This document shows positions 25,609 through 41,300 of a stretch of 64,000 nt of DNA, piece by piece. Both the position numbers and the translations under genes were made by a program. Origin of the DNA: Pecten maximus (Eukaryota). Every line of letters starts with the position of its first letter. The first letter of the stretch is position 1. Where the stretch lies: the NCBI RefSeq assembly GCF_902652985.1, contig NC_047016.1:24180001-24244000 (forward strand), given 5' to 3'. The notes beneath the pieces are model-generated. The model searched no databases, was not told where the DNA came from, and was given only the letters and a program-made list of their open reading frames with translations.

Positions 25609-28600
25609 TGATCTACGAATTCTAGGTCGATTATGTGATTATGTGTTGATTAACTTAACTTGGATGTGAATGTGTTTTCAGTATTATCCGTGTTTGGTTC
25701 AGATAAGTTCGTCAATATGTCTAGTGTAGGATGTGGGATTAAAGTTTCAACTGCTAGAAGTAAGGAATGCCTGCAAGTTTTAAAAGTTTGTCATTTACTT
25801 GCGAGTATAAGTTATCTTCATATCGATTTCATCAAAGTCATTTAATATACATTAAGTTTTAGCGAGCGGTGGTAGTATCACAAAAGGTGACCATACACAT
25901 CATGCAGAGGTCACTGTATCTTTGTGATAAATTTAACTTTTATTTTAATTGACAACTTCCTCTTAGAGAGGGTTCCTAACATCGATCACCAATAGTTAGA
26001 CATTCAGCGAATATTTTGTATGCTGTTAGATTAAATGAGTAATATCAAAGGGCAATCTAAGCAAATATTGTCACCTGCATGTTCACACGGGATTTCTCTT
26101 ATCCTAATGTATCCTTACTTCCTGAAACTGAAAACATAGTCATCACAATAGCTAGGTAAGAGTTTTGATTACTTACAAGGATTATGTATTAAGAGGTGAC
26201 CATGGCTTCAACACCATTTTCTTCAACATTGCCATAAAAAGCTAGAGTCAGTAGGGAACTTTTTAGGGGCCTAATGAAATATTGGTCTATAATGTTGGTG
26301 CTTGATTTGATGGGGCCAAACCCACATAACATTTAATACACTGTGGACTTTGCAAATTTCATTCAAGCTTGAATTGTTCAAATTTTACATGAGAATGTAA
26401 GACTTAATTGAAGCAACACTGTAGTAAGTACTGTTGTTTTAAACAACCTTTTCTAGCAAGTCAAATTTTATTTTTTTAGTTTTTAAGGCGTGGCCAATAC
26501 TAATGACAGTAATGAGCTGATGAGAAATGACAACAATATTTGGTGTAATGACTGAAATTTATTGATACTCAAACACTTTCAACAAAACATGTACAATTAT
26601 ATATGTGTATGTATCACATAGGTTTTGTACAATAATAACAATGTGAACAGTTTTTTTCAGATTTTTGCGGAGAACGCAAGACAGATTAACATTTCTGTTC
26701 AATAATTATTGTAACTTTCTCATACCAAATGGTAACTTTTACTTACACAAGTCATTTTGAATATCTTTCCAATATTCTATGTCTGAAAAATTATTAGGCA
26801 TTAAAAATTGGAAGTTATTGATCAGAAGTGCTAAATATTACTAAGTTGTTGTTCACATACTGATGTGATACGATAGATACTTAACATATAACCACCATGA
26901 TTTTAACATCCTATACCCATTTTAGGGTAAAAAATTAATTAATTGAAAACAATATCATCTATCGTCATTTACAAATAATATTCTCAAATTAATCAAAAAA
27001 ATTATAATAATATATTCATAAATAAAAAATTACAATTTAACTTTTTTAAATTACACTGTTTTTTTTAAACAATAATATTTCAGAAGCTAACTTTAATACA
27101 GAGTAATGCCGGATTAAAAAAAAAAAGGAAAATTATTCCAACATTTTGACAGTATGAGCCTTTCATATGAATGTTTTAAATAACATGCTTATGATGCTTC
27201 ATTAGTCTGTTAAGTATTTTATCAAATCAAAATGTTATATTAAAGCACTATTACACATTTCAACAAATGTACATGTTAGAAGTACATACATACAGAACTT
27301 AGTTTAACTTTGTGACATATACCCTGTAAAAGAGTACATAGTAGACATCTATATTGTGGAAGATATCCTAGTGTAGAATAATTCTCATCATCACTGTGAC
27401 TAGATGGAATCTTTTTACAATTGATGGAAGTCAGGTCATATTTTTTTTTTTAAAGAATGGATGGTTGTTATCATTACCCCCCTTTTCAAAATATTTCCTA
27501 CTGTGTAGCACTAGAACTAAGGCTCCATATGGAAATGGTATGACATTCCAAAAATAACATATACATATCTGAGCAATGATTTCGATATGCAAATATTTTG
27601 TACAAAACTGTTGCCCTTGAAAAGGAAATTAAAAATGTCTTTAGTTTTGACATTTAAGAAATTAAGAAATTATCCTGATATCCTGTTAGACAATTTTTAT
27701 CAAAACAATACTTGAAAAATTTGACTGTTTCATCAAAACTGACTGGGATGAATTTTAATGAGATCCTGTGACATATATGATAAATCAGGTAGTGGTTGAT
27801 GTCATAACTCATAGAATTAATATTCTTATTCATCAATCTTTAATATTAATCAACCTTTTAATTAAGCAAAATATGAATAATTATATCTTTTGTTTTAATT
27901 ACACACTGTACCATACATGCATGCACCTGGATTCTACAAGTTGCGGAATACTTCCTCGATCCTTCAGGGATTTATCAGCATCAATATCTTATTCTATTTT
28001 TGTAACTTTAAATTTTATTACATTATCAAATTTTAAAATATCTGTATAATGAGGAGTTGATGCACCACAAAAAATGCCATGGAAATTATATACAGTAGAT
28101 CTATCATGACAAATAGGTGTAATACCTATATCTGGTAATGTATATTATGGTGTAAATTAAAATCCACAGATTTCGATCCCATTTACTTCTACTTACATCC
28201 AACACATTTTTACGGACAAAATATTTTTATTTTGAATTTGATTTTTGCTAAAAAGCAACTTCTTGGTTTGTCATTGAAAATACTTGTACCTGTAATATAT
28301 TTTAGTAAGTCTAGTCTCATATTCAAATTAGAAACTGGTGTCAAATTAAAATAGGGGTTTCTGCTGTCACATAAACATTTCAATACCCTAGTATCTGAAC
28401 AAAATGGCTGTATTCCTAGACACAATGTCACATATAGATTTTGAAAGACCTTGATGACAGAAACTTCTCCTGAAGGACATTTCTGATGATTAAAAAAATT
28501 GTATATATGCTTGAAAATAGACTTATCAAAGACTTTGCGATCATTTTATCTTTGTACATGTATATATTCATTGTATCAACATTTAGGGGATGTTGGACAA

Positions 28601-29348
28601 GTTAGTCTTTTAGAAATACTTTAAAATCCTATAACCAAATTCAGATCTCGAAATTCAGATACTATTCCCTCAAGTTTAGTGGAATTTGTTTAACTTTTTA
28701 CAGAAAGTACAATTAGCCAAGTACTTCTGTAGCACACTGTTGTTAGTGAAGGAAGAGTTAAATGAACTAAGATATGTAAGTTTATAGTGTTTTGTCAGCT
28801 GTTGCACCTGTATGTCCGGAATATGTAAAACGATTGTACCTGTTTATCAATGTTGTCAATAAATAATTTGACATATTATACAACATAGTTTTTTTTCTCT
28901 CATAAATACACTTAACTATCAAACTATTGAAATTTATTATTTACTTATTTCATTAATTTGCTATTGAAACCTATTTGAAACACTAACTCTAATAGAATTC
29001 CCCCTTCACAGTGGCAACAGCCTTGTACCATGATTTCCTTTATGAATTACTGGGTAATGTTTCCCTGGGGGATGAGGGATGGGGTAGGGGTGGTGTGGAT
29101 GGTGCAGGGGAGAAATCCTGATCTTTAATTAAACCTAGGCGAATAAAATATTGAGGAAAACACAAAGTCCAAAACACTTATCTATACCTCAGTCCCAGGG
29201 ATAGATTCCTTTTCACTATGAAGTGATGACTTGATAATCAGGATCCTGTTGGGAAGATAGAGATGTTCCAGCACAATGGGACACTCCAGTCTGACAGGTA
29301 TGGAAATCTTCTGTAGAGCATCAAAAGCTAAATGCTCCGGACTAATAG

Positions 29349-32300
29349 TTATGGTAATGCTGTTAGGATGATTTGTGAAATATGCTGGTCAACTGTTGTG
29401 GGAGACTCGCCAAGGTGGTGGAGTAGAATATCAAAGTAACGTACAGCACTCTCCTCCTTAAAGGAATCTGCTATATGATGATGTCTTCTTGCTAAACTGG
29501 AAAAAAAAATGTATTCAGAGCAAGATCAGTATTATTCACTGAAAGTTTAGTACAAAAGCATAATAAATCTTTGTAAAAGTCTAAATTGCAATCCAAATAT
29601 AAACCTGAACAGTCAGTACATGAGGCTCTTTTGAGGCTGAATTTAAGTTACTTGAGTGAAAGGCAAGTGTAAATTATCTTGTTTTATGATGCTACCAATT
29701 CAGTTCAATAATACCACTGTATTTTAACTTTGGGGCAAGTTATTTTGAACATTAATTTGATGACCAGAAATGCTGAAATTTTACTCCTTGCCCTGCCTTA
29801 AAATCAGCTACCCAGTATATCTGAGTGGTGAATCCTATAAAGTCAGATTACTTAATAGTGGTGATATTTCAAACTAAATTTGATTAGTAGTCATGATACA
29901 AATGGAAATATGTGCATCTGTTTCAGACATTGGATACATAACTTTTACATCATTGTAAATGGCAGAATGCACTGACTTTGGTCTGGTTTATTTTGTTTAA
30001 CGTCCTACTAACAACCAGGGTCATTTAAGGACGTGCGAAGCTTTGGAGGCAGAGGAAAGCTGGAGTGCCCGGCCCATGGTCAGTACCAGGCAACTGCCCC
30101 ACATGGGTTTCAAACTTGCAACTTGGAGGTTGAGGGCTAGTGATAAAGTGTCGTGACACCTTAACCTCTCGGCCACCACGACCCCTTAAAGATGCACTGA
30201 CAAATGGACATTGGATTTACTTACATTTTGATGAGGATGAGACAGACCAAAGTCCACTCAGCTGGTCTAAACAAGATGTTCTGATTACTGAGGCTGCAAA
30301 ACCAAAACAAAGTCAATTATCAGTGATGCTTCATGAGTTTTGATAGAAATATTCATGTACCCTATATATTGATTACAGATTGTCTGACGAAAATATCTTA
30401 AACTGGAATTTTGTTTTTATATATATACTTGGTGTTGAAGTAGTGTTTGGCCCTCAAATTATTAAGAATTTTTTTCTGAGACTGGTATCAATAAATCATA
30501 ACAGTAACAAAGGAGTATGTTACTCCACAGATCAATTTAGCAGTTTAAATTTACAGAGAGATATAACATTGAAACAGTCGATCCTAGAAGCATTGCGAAA
30601 TTTACAAATGGATTGGCTAATTTGTTATTTAAGTAGTTGCTAATTTGTTATTTAATTGGTGGCTAATTGTTATTTAAGTAGTTGCTAATTTGTTATTTAA
30701 TTGGTGGCTAATTGTTATTTAAGTGGATGGCAATGTACTGACCAGTGTTATACTTAAACACCTGCCACCATTAGATGTGGAGTACTTTACCTGAATGTTA
30801 ACACCAGTTGCCTTACTTCTGAAAACACCTCCTGCATCGACAGCTTCAATGGAACCAGAAGTTCAGGCATTCTGTTACAGAAGATTTAAAACTAGAGAAT
30901 GTGTATACACCATAATTATATGCCCCACCCTGACGAAATGTGGATGTCCTCAACCTGATGGAATGTGTGTATCCTCAACCTGGTGGAATGTGTATGTCCC
31001 CAATCTGATGGAATGTATACACTGTATCCCCACCCTGATGGAATGTGTACGTCCCCAATCTGATGGAATGTGTATGTCCCCACCCTGATGGAATGTGTGT
31101 ATCCTCACTCTGGTGGAATGTGTACGTCCCCACCCTGATGGAATATGTGTACGTCCTCACCCTGGTGGAATGTGTATGTCCCCAACCTGATGGAATGTGT
31201 ATGTCCTCACCCTAGTGGAATGTGTACGTCCCCACCCTGATGGAATGTGTATGTCCCCACCCTGATGGAATGTGTACGTTCCCAACCTGGTGGAATGTGT
31301 ATATCCCAACCCTGATGGAATGTGTATGTCCCCACCCTGATGGAATGTGTATATCCCCACCCTGATGGAATGTGTATGTCCCCACCCTGGTGGAATGTGT
31401 ATATCCCCACCCTGATGGAATGTGTATGTCCCCACCCTGATGGAATGTGTATGTCCCCAACCTGATGGAATGTGTATATCCCCACCCTGATGGAATGTGT
31501 GTATCCTCACCCTGATGGAATATGTATATCCCTACCCTGATGGTGAGGTGTATATCCCCACCCTGATGGAATGTGTATATCCCAACCCTGATGGAATGTG
31601 TACGTCCCCACCCTGATGGAATGTGTATGTCCCCACCCTGATGGAATATGTATATCCCCACCCTGATGGAATGTGTATACACTGTATCCCCACCCTGATG
31701 GAATGTGTATATCCCCACCCTGATGGAATGTGTATGTCCCCACCCTGAAGGAATGTGTATACACTGTATCCCCACCCTGATGGAATGTGTATATCCCCAA
31801 CCTTATGTAATGTGTATGTCCAAACCTTGATGGAATGTGCATATCCCCACCCTGATGGAATGTGTATATCCCCACCCTGATGGAATGTGTATATCCCCAC
31901 CCTGATGGAATGTGTATATCCCCACCCTGATGGAATGTGTATACACTGTATCCCCACCCTGATGGAATGTGTATATCCCCACCCTGATGGAATGTGTATA
32001 TACCCACCCTGATGGAATGTGCATATCCCCACCCTGATGGAATGTGTATATCCCCACCCTGATGGAATGTGTATATCCCCACCCTGATGGAATGTGTATA
32101 TACCCACCCTGATGGAATGTGTATATCCCCACCCTGATGGAATGTGTATACACTGTATCCCCACCCTGATGGAATGTGTATGTCCCCACCCTGATGGAAT
32201 GTGTATACACTGTATCCCCACCCTGATGGAACATGTACAGGCATGCTCCTATCACAGGTAATAGTTGAGGAGTTTAACTTCAGCCTGTAGATTTATGAGA

Positions 32301-35300
32301 CAAGATAACAGTTAAATTACTCACGAGTGATTTAGTTTTTCCATAACAATTTTCTTTCTGATCAACATCTGATCATGACTGTCCACTGTAGGAAGGTGGA
32401 CTTCTGACTGTTTCTCTGCTGCCTGGTGTAAAACAAATATAGGTACCTAAAATTCATTCTTATATTTCAATGAATTGCATCCACACTTAAATTGAGAATT
32501 CATACTTATATTTCAATGAACTGCATCCACACTTAAATTGAGAATATACTCCTCCTTCAGACTTAATCTAAGAGGAACATACATATGAAATTTGAAAAGA
32601 TCTAAGCGATGAGAAATGGTGATAACAAACTTCAATTGTCAAAATCAATTAATTTTTCTGATCAGTTTCAAAATAACCATGTATAATGAGGGACCAAAGG
32701 ACACCTAAACATGACAAGAGGCCCATGGGCCTTAAGGGTAACCTGAGATTTGGGGACCAAATAATTCACAAGTTTGGTTGACCTTTAACCATAGAAGCTT
32801 CCTTTCATTGAATTTGGTTTAGCGGTTTTGAAAAAGAAGAAGTTGGAAAATGTAAATTGTTTACAGACGCACGACAACAGACAAAAGGCGATTAGATAGA
32901 ATAGGTCACTTGAGACTTCGTCAGATCTGTGTTGTTTACCAGGTGCAGGGCCCTAAGTTTTTACCTACCACTTCATTGATCATTCCTGTCACATTTGTCT
33001 TGCCCTGTAGGTACTGTGCCACCCTTTGACCAAACTCTTCTGTTTCCTCTTTCAGTATGCTGTAATTAGGAACTGGTTTCTCTGGAAACGATGAATCCTC
33101 AATCCTTGATTCTCCTACAAGGTCATCAAGGTCATTTTCCCTGGCATCAATTCGCTGACAAAGTTTAGTATATTTTAACTGAAATTCTGTCTCGTCAATT
33201 CCGTCATGTGGAGTATCTGATTCCTGTGGTGATATAAGCTCAATAGTTTCCTTGGTAACCCACTGTTTCAATGTTTGACACAGAATCTTTATCACAGACT
33301 TGGAAAGTGCCTTAGGGGTTTTATCAGGAGGTTTTAATCTTGGTGCTTGTAAATGTGGAGTGGAATGAGATATCTGTGTGTGACTTTCTGATGGTTTGTT
33401 TAGGACAGGACTTGTTCTAATGTCACCCTGTAATTCTGAATCCTGACAATCATCCGAATCTGAAGCAGAATTCACATTAACGTTTCCTGACTCAGAACAA
33501 GGAGTTTTATAGGACTCTTTTGTAGGATTTTTATTTCCATGGTGATCAGCTCCTGATGCAGAATCTTCATCATCATCTGAATCTTTTGAGAGTTTCATTG
33601 GCTGGATATCTGCCATTTTACCAAGTAAATGTTTTCGTTTACTCAACAAAAGCTCAAGATATTTCATCTTTGATTCTGTTGTCATAGCATCACCAGACTC
33701 TTTTTTTACTTGGGAATCATCATTATTGTTAATTTTGGAGGAGTCGTCTTTGTTTCCAACTTTTTTTTCATCAATTGCCACAGAAATGTTTTCCTGGTGA
33801 GTACTGGGTACACTTGAATTTTTGTTTTTGTTGGAAGAAAGAGTGTTATCACTTATCCTCAGGGACTGTAGATTTATTTGATCTGGATCATTGGGACTCT
33901 TGTTTGCAGGTTTATCTTTACTTTTTGTCTCGTATTTCTCCAGCCTTTCCAGTGACTGTACTTCTTTTCTTATCTCTGGTGTGACTGAAATTACTTCATC
34001 TCCTTCCAACCCACTGGAAATATGAAGCAGAGTGAACAAGACATTAAGATAATTTCTCAAAAACAATGATTAACCTGAGGCTAGAGATGGCCTAATTTCT
34101 TTCATGCATACATCTAAAACAAGCATATGCTTAATCTGCTATGAAAATTATAAACTGATTCAATATTAAGGAGCATCCGTTGGTTGATTAAGCCATATAC
34201 ATTGTAGCATGCATGCTGTCGCTACAAAACATCTGCTCATCAACAATGCAAGGGAGATAATCACTCCAGATTTTATCATGAGTCGATTCACCATTTGTGA
34301 AACAATTTAATGAAAAACTTATGCCAATTTGTGAAATTTCATCTTGACTCCTCATTATCAATGTATTCTCAAATCTTAACGTATGTTTGGTGAAATTTTA
34401 TAACTACTTGGTGGCTGAAATTTAACCTTTACCATTTTAAGTTGTCTAATGCAAGAATTTTTACATTACTCAATTTCAGGTCTGGATAAGATAACATTAT
34501 CACCTAGAGATGAAATAATTTATCAAAATATTGGCAAATAAAAATTGTTTACAGACAATCAACAATAGTCATCTCCTGCTGTAACAATGAAATGCACAAT
34601 GCAGAGGTGTAAAAATCTAAAAATAAACAGATATAAAATAGCATATTGAGTCATCAATATTGTTGATGATGGCTCCTGTGCATATGGTGTCAATGTTGAA
34701 AATGGAATTCATTTTTTCTTTCAATGTCTACTTTATTTGAATATTCGACATCACATCATAACAGTTTATAACCTTCTAGGATATGTTAATCTACATGTTT
34801 TATTACATGGTGCCACTGACTTGCCTACTGATATAATAGAATCATTCTTATTAACTCTAGTTCTTATCTATAAAAAAGTAAACACTTTCAAATTTATAAA
34901 TAATAATGTCTATACATTCATTTATTTACATGTATATGAAAGTTCTGTCAATTGAGAATACATCATGAATAGATGGTAGTGAGTAAGAATGTGTTTTCTT
35001 TGATTATATATAATACCAAAACTTCTATAATTTTCCTACTGCATAATACTTGAGCTATATCCATATGCTCATAAAACTGGAAATCTACAGGGAAGGACTA
35101 ATATAGGCTGAGCCTGTTGTCCAATCCCTTTTGCCAATACTAAATATTGATAATTTTCTATGTAAGAATACTTTGTTTTATATTTGTTGTGTTGACAATA
35201 AAGTATTTTGAAATTGAAATCAATGTTTTTGATAGTTTTAAAGTGTCACGTTAGTGCTAATTTGTCTTGCACTTACTACAGAGATCCCAGTGGCAGGAGT

Positions 35301-38300
35301 TTAATGTTTATTTTTAGACAAGTGTCGCCCCTTGATATAAGACTTACCTCGTGGCTCCCAGTGACAGGAGTTTAATGTTTATTTTTAGACAAGTGTCGCC
35401 CCTTGATATAAGACTTACCTCGTGGCTCCCAGTGACAGGAGTTTAATGTTTATTTTTAGACAAGTGTCGCCCCTTGATATAAGACTTACCTCGTGGCTCC
35501 CAGTGACAGGAGTTTAAATCCTTTGTTAGGCATATGTTCCCGGGTCCAGAGAGGAGCGGTCAACAGTTGTCGCCTGAAGTACTGAGATGCTGTGAAGCAC
35601 TGGTTACTGCAAAAATTCTGAGAAACCACAAAACAGATGTACATAGTGATACATGTATGTTACTTATCTTATGTTTTACTCAAACTTTAAACATTCGAAA
35701 CATTTTATCTTATTCTCTAGCATGATTTTTTTAATACAAATACTTGTTCATTTCATTGTTCTGTTATAAAAAAATTGAAAGACTACAATACTGGTAATGA
35801 ATATTGAAAGACTGCAATACTGGTAATGAATATTGAAAGACTGCCATACTGGTAATGAACATTAAAAGACTGCAATACTGGTAATGAATATTGAAAGACT
35901 GCAATACTGGTAATGAATATTGAAAGACTGCAATACTGGTAATGAATATTGAAAGACTGCAATACTGGTAATGAACATTGAAAGACTGCAATACTGGTAA
36001 TGAATATTGAAAGACTGCAATACTGGTAATGAATATTGAAAGACTGCAATACTGGTAATGAATATTGAAAGACTGCAATACTGGTAATGAATATTGAAAG
36101 ACTGCAATACTGGTAATGAATATTGAAAGACTGCCATACTGGTAATGAACATTGAAAGACTGCAATACTGGTAATGAATATTGAAAGACTGCAATACTGG
36201 TAATGAATATTGAAAGACTACAATATTGGTAATGAACACTGAGTTTATACCTTAAATAAACTTTGAATGAAACTTATTTAAAAGCATAGTTTGATAAATA
36301 TACCCTTTCTATTTATCTAAGGATCGAGGGAGTTAAGAAATAGGTTTATTTGGAATAAAAACCGAAATGCATTCGGATAAACCAGGAAGTGGTTTGTGCA
36401 CTTCACTTTTCAGTCTAATCAGCAGACTGATTTATTAGTTCTTTCAATCTTAATAGCTTACCAGTAATTTTAAAACTTGAAAGGAACAATTTACAATTTG
36501 ATTACGACAAAAATCATGCTGTGTTTTTCATGTGCCATTCACTATTAAGAAGCTCATTTCAAACATGTTTCCAATAATTAATTATGCTGTTCGATATTAA
36601 ACAGCAAACAACATGTGGCAATATCAGGTCACAATATCTGTGTAAGATATTGTCCGAAAAGTTTTTTTACAAAAAAAATGAGTTGTTTGTGTATGACATT
36701 ATCAAAACATGATTCAATTTTTTTGTCAAACACTTAACAGAATAAATAATAAACCAATTAAAAAATTGTGTTACAACCAAAACTAAATATTACATGGTAG
36801 GGTTGAATTGAAGATATAACAACTACAAAATGTAAGTGATTAATATAAGAATGAGGTGGCTCAATACCTTCCTGGCTGTAATGTCGTACACTTTGTTACT
36901 CCTGGTAGAAATATGGTACTTTTGCTTTGGAATCTGCAAACATAAGAAACCTCAAATATTTATTTATTTTTTTGACATACCAGCTACATGTATACATCAA
37001 TTTGTTTCACATCAGGGATTGATTTAATTATTCTATTTGAAAACTACAAGTAGAATCACACACAATTCGAAAATCATTAATTCTTTTTCTACCAAATGAC
37101 AAGAAATGATTATAAATACAATTTGTGCACAGGATACAATTTAAAAATTATATCTTCTGAGTATATATATATCATATTTGTACCTATACACAACAGGTAT
37201 ACATATATATAGAAGGTTGGACTAACCCTGGTACACCACTCCTGTAGACAAACCTAACCCTGGTACACCACTCCTGTAGACAAACCTAACCCTGGTACAC
37301 CACTCCTGTAGACAAACCTAACCCTGGTACACCACTCCTGTAGACAAACCTAACCCTGGTACACCACTCCTGTAGACAAACGTTACCCTGGTACACCACT
37401 CCTGTAGACAAACCTTACCCTGGTACACCACTCCTGTAGACAAACGTTACCCTGGTACACCACTCCTGTAGACAAACGTTACCCTGGTACACCACTCCTG
37501 TAGACAAACCTAACCCTGGTACACCACTCCTGTAAACAAACCTGGTACACCACTCCTGTAGACAAACCTAACCCTGGTACATCACTCCTGTAGACAAACA
37601 TTACCCTGGTACACCACTCCTGTAGACAAACCTAACCCTGGTACACCACTCCTGTAGACAAACCTAACCCTGGTACACCACTCCTGTAGACAAACCTAAC
37701 CCTGGTACACCACTCCTGTAGACAAACTTAACCCTGGTACACCACTCCTGTAGACAACCTAACCCTGGTACACCACTCTGTAGACAAACCTAACCCTGGT
37801 ACACCACTCCTGTAGACAAACCTAACCCTGGTACACCACTCCTGTAGAAACCTAACCTGGTACACCACTCCTGTAGACAAACCTAACCCTGGTACACTAC
37901 TCCTGTAGACAAACCTAACCCTGGTACACCACTCCTGTAGACAAACCTAACCCTGGTACACCACTCCTGTAGACAAACCTAACCCTGGTACACCACTCCT
38001 GTAGACAAACCTAACCCTGGTACACCACTCTGTAGACAAACCTAACCCTGGTACACCACTCCTGTAGACAAACCTAACCCTGGTACACCACTCCTGTAGA
38101 CAAACCTAACCCTGGTACACCACTCCTGTAGACAAACCTAACCCTGGTACACCACTCCTGTAGACAAACCTAACCCTGGTACACCACTCTGTAGACAAAC
38201 CTAACCCTGGTACACCACTCCTGTAGACAAACCTAACCCTGGTACACCACTCCTGTAGACAAACCTAACCCTGGTACACCACTCCTGTAGACAAACCTAA

Positions 38301-41300
38301 CCCTGGGACACCACTCCTGTAGACAAACTTTACCCTGATACACCACTCCTGTAGACACATAGTCCTAAATCATACTTACTTGTCCTAATGGGTTTTGACA
38401 GATGGGATAGCCACACAGTTTAGCTATCGCTCGCTCCTCTATTATATCATCGTAGTGATTCGGACATATATGGAGAGCCTGGAATTAGGAGATGATTACA
38501 CATGTACATAGTCTTCAATGCATATTAAGTATTATTATAGAGTGTATAACTCCATATGGATAGTTTAATATAAAGTTTCAGTAAGTTATGGACTTGGGGG
38601 GAATAACACTACTGCTGGGTGTATAGTTTGAGGTATAATCCATCCATTTATCAAGACACAAGTACTTACAGTTACATAAGTTTAGTAGATAGGCCTATTG
38701 TAATTAGTTAGAAAACATCTTAAGTGGTGTACAGATGGTATGAATAAATAGCCTAATAAAAGGTTAACCTGGTAAAAAGAAACAGTGTAGATTGAAGTGA
38801 TGTGATGGCAGTGTGTGTATACCCATATAGTAGTCAAAACTATATACACTGATAGTTGAAGCAGGAATATGTAGGAAAATAATATGTGAAAGAACAGGGA
38901 AAATCACATTCCTGCTTAGCGCCCCTTTGGCCTTTGGAACCGTAAATAAATAATTCCAAGCAAGCACTTGTGGTAATGAAAACATACATGAAAGTAGAGT
39001 TTGATTGGCCAACCGTAACTTGAGTTATAACAACGAAACAATTTTTTTAAATGTTATTAACAGATTTTTTATTAATAGTAATAGATTTTCTATCTATTGT
39101 AACAGTGACCTTGACCTTTGACCTTTTGACCAGTAAAAACAATGCAATGCAAGCATTTGAAGTAAAGAAAAACTGCACGAAAATAGAGTTTGATGGCCAA
39201 AAAGAAATTGAGTTATCACAAGAAAACAAATTTATATTTTCAGTAACACAGACCTTGACCTTCAACCTTCGAACCTGAAAAGCACCTGCAAGCAGGCATT
39301 TTCGGTAAGGAAGATCTGCATGAAGTTTGAGTTTCTCTGCCCAAAAGAACTTGAATTATCACAAGGAAACAAATTTTCTATTTTAGTAACAATGACCTGA
39401 CCTGAATGTAGGGCAAGATTATTCATTTGAACAAACTTGGAAGCCCTTCAAACCAGCATGCTACAGACCCACTTGCATTTTTGGCCAGTGAGCTTAAAGT
39501 TGAATTGAAAACAAGGCACATATTTTGAACCTATAATAGGATAACATGACACTTACATCTTGCAGCAGAGAAGTTTCAGCAACAGGGCCATCTAACATTT
39601 TTTCAACAATGTGAAAAGCTCTTTTCTCACATTCTTGTCGTCTTCGGAGATCATGCTCCACTTTCTTTCTCCGTTCTGCTTCAATATCACTGTTAAAACA
39701 TAAAAAATGACACTTTTTTTTAAAAAAGAAGCATGGCCAAAATTTGAAATGCAATAAACCCAAATCATGAATTATGGAAGATTGGATTATAGAGCAGATG
39801 TTAAGCCTTACTATAGTAGCTTGGTATATATGTCAGTCAGAGATATCACAAACACATTGGCCACATGTAAATCGATCTCTATAATAATTATAAGGTGACC
39901 ATGACAGTACCCACATCAGATCACCAAACAAGCATTTTAATTTGTTCATTTGTTGAAAATCTAGAAGATGATATACATGTAGCTATAGATCAATTGAGGG
40001 ATTACTTATATCAAAAAAAGAATATCGAAAGGTGTAAATTATCACCTGAAGTACATGTGACTATTTTTAGAATACTCAGAAATCATCAATTAGCACTTTC
40101 GGTTTTTTTCAAATGATGGTACTCAAAATGGATCACAGACTGAATTTTTCAATATTGTACATTTCAAATGATCTTTGGAATTTGTATTTAGTAGTAGTGT
40201 TGGGAATCGGTTGAAATTCTCTGATCAATCATCACTTGTGTGTAACCAATCGATGATTGATTAAAATCAATTAATTTCCAAATGTATTTTTTGTATTCAT
40301 GTCTCAATATTTTGTGAAATGCTTTCAACAACAATTTCAGTAACTAATAAACTGTTATACCTACAGCTACATGTATACCATCTTCCTGTGTGTTTATTGA
40401 ATTATTACACAGAAAAAATGAACCAAAATTGTCAAGTTTTAAAAAAATTGATTCAACACAGAAAAAACAACAAAAGGATTGTTCATTGGAGTATTAAGCT
40501 AACTGGAAATTTTGGCAGTCTATTATATATACTTTGAAAACGAAAGTAGAACTGTGACTTACCATTGAAGGAATATGACTTTCTGTACATTTTACAAATA
40601 GTTTTCGTCATATCTAAAGTATCTCTACTTAAAGGACCTTCTGCTTCTAGTTTTCATTAAAAACCAAAATGTTTTCATACAATAGACCCTGCCCGTTTAC
40701 CGGGAAGATCGTATACGTTAACGTTGCTTCCATGGCTAGTGGCTTATGATCTTACAAACAAAATCTTAGTCATCGGTACGTTTACATTCCTCCTTGTATT
40801 ACAACACTGTACCACTTATTGCGACGCATGATTTTGTATGATACAAGCATAACCGTTTCCCGTAATCGACTGTGTTGTAGACACTGTCAAGCTTAATTTG
40901 CGTATTCTTATCTGCAACCTGGCTAATATATTTTCATAAAACATGATGTAGGGCACATCCGATAAAACTCGATTACAGATTTCTTACTTGATTAATTGAT
41001 CAAATGTCTCAAACAAGTGATCGACCTCAATTAATCGGAACATCATGATCACTAGTATTTAGAAAAGAATTTTTATCATCAAGATTTTTTTCTTTCGGTT
41101 GAAAATAAACACAATCATTGTCGTACACAAATCATTAATTAACAACGTTAACAATATAACAGAAGTCAAGACTTTAAAATATTTATTCTGGTGTCAATAA
41201 ACTTTGTTTGTATATGCAAACCCTAGAGTTTATTTAAAATTGCTTGGTATTGGATTTAACAACACAAAACTTTGGTTTGGTTTAATTTGGTTTGTTTTGT

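Noticed and set aside
30795-32255. Multiple long repetitive ORFs ([11 protein letters not shown]...)
   Set aside because: They are translations of the 25-bp minisatellite in several frames.
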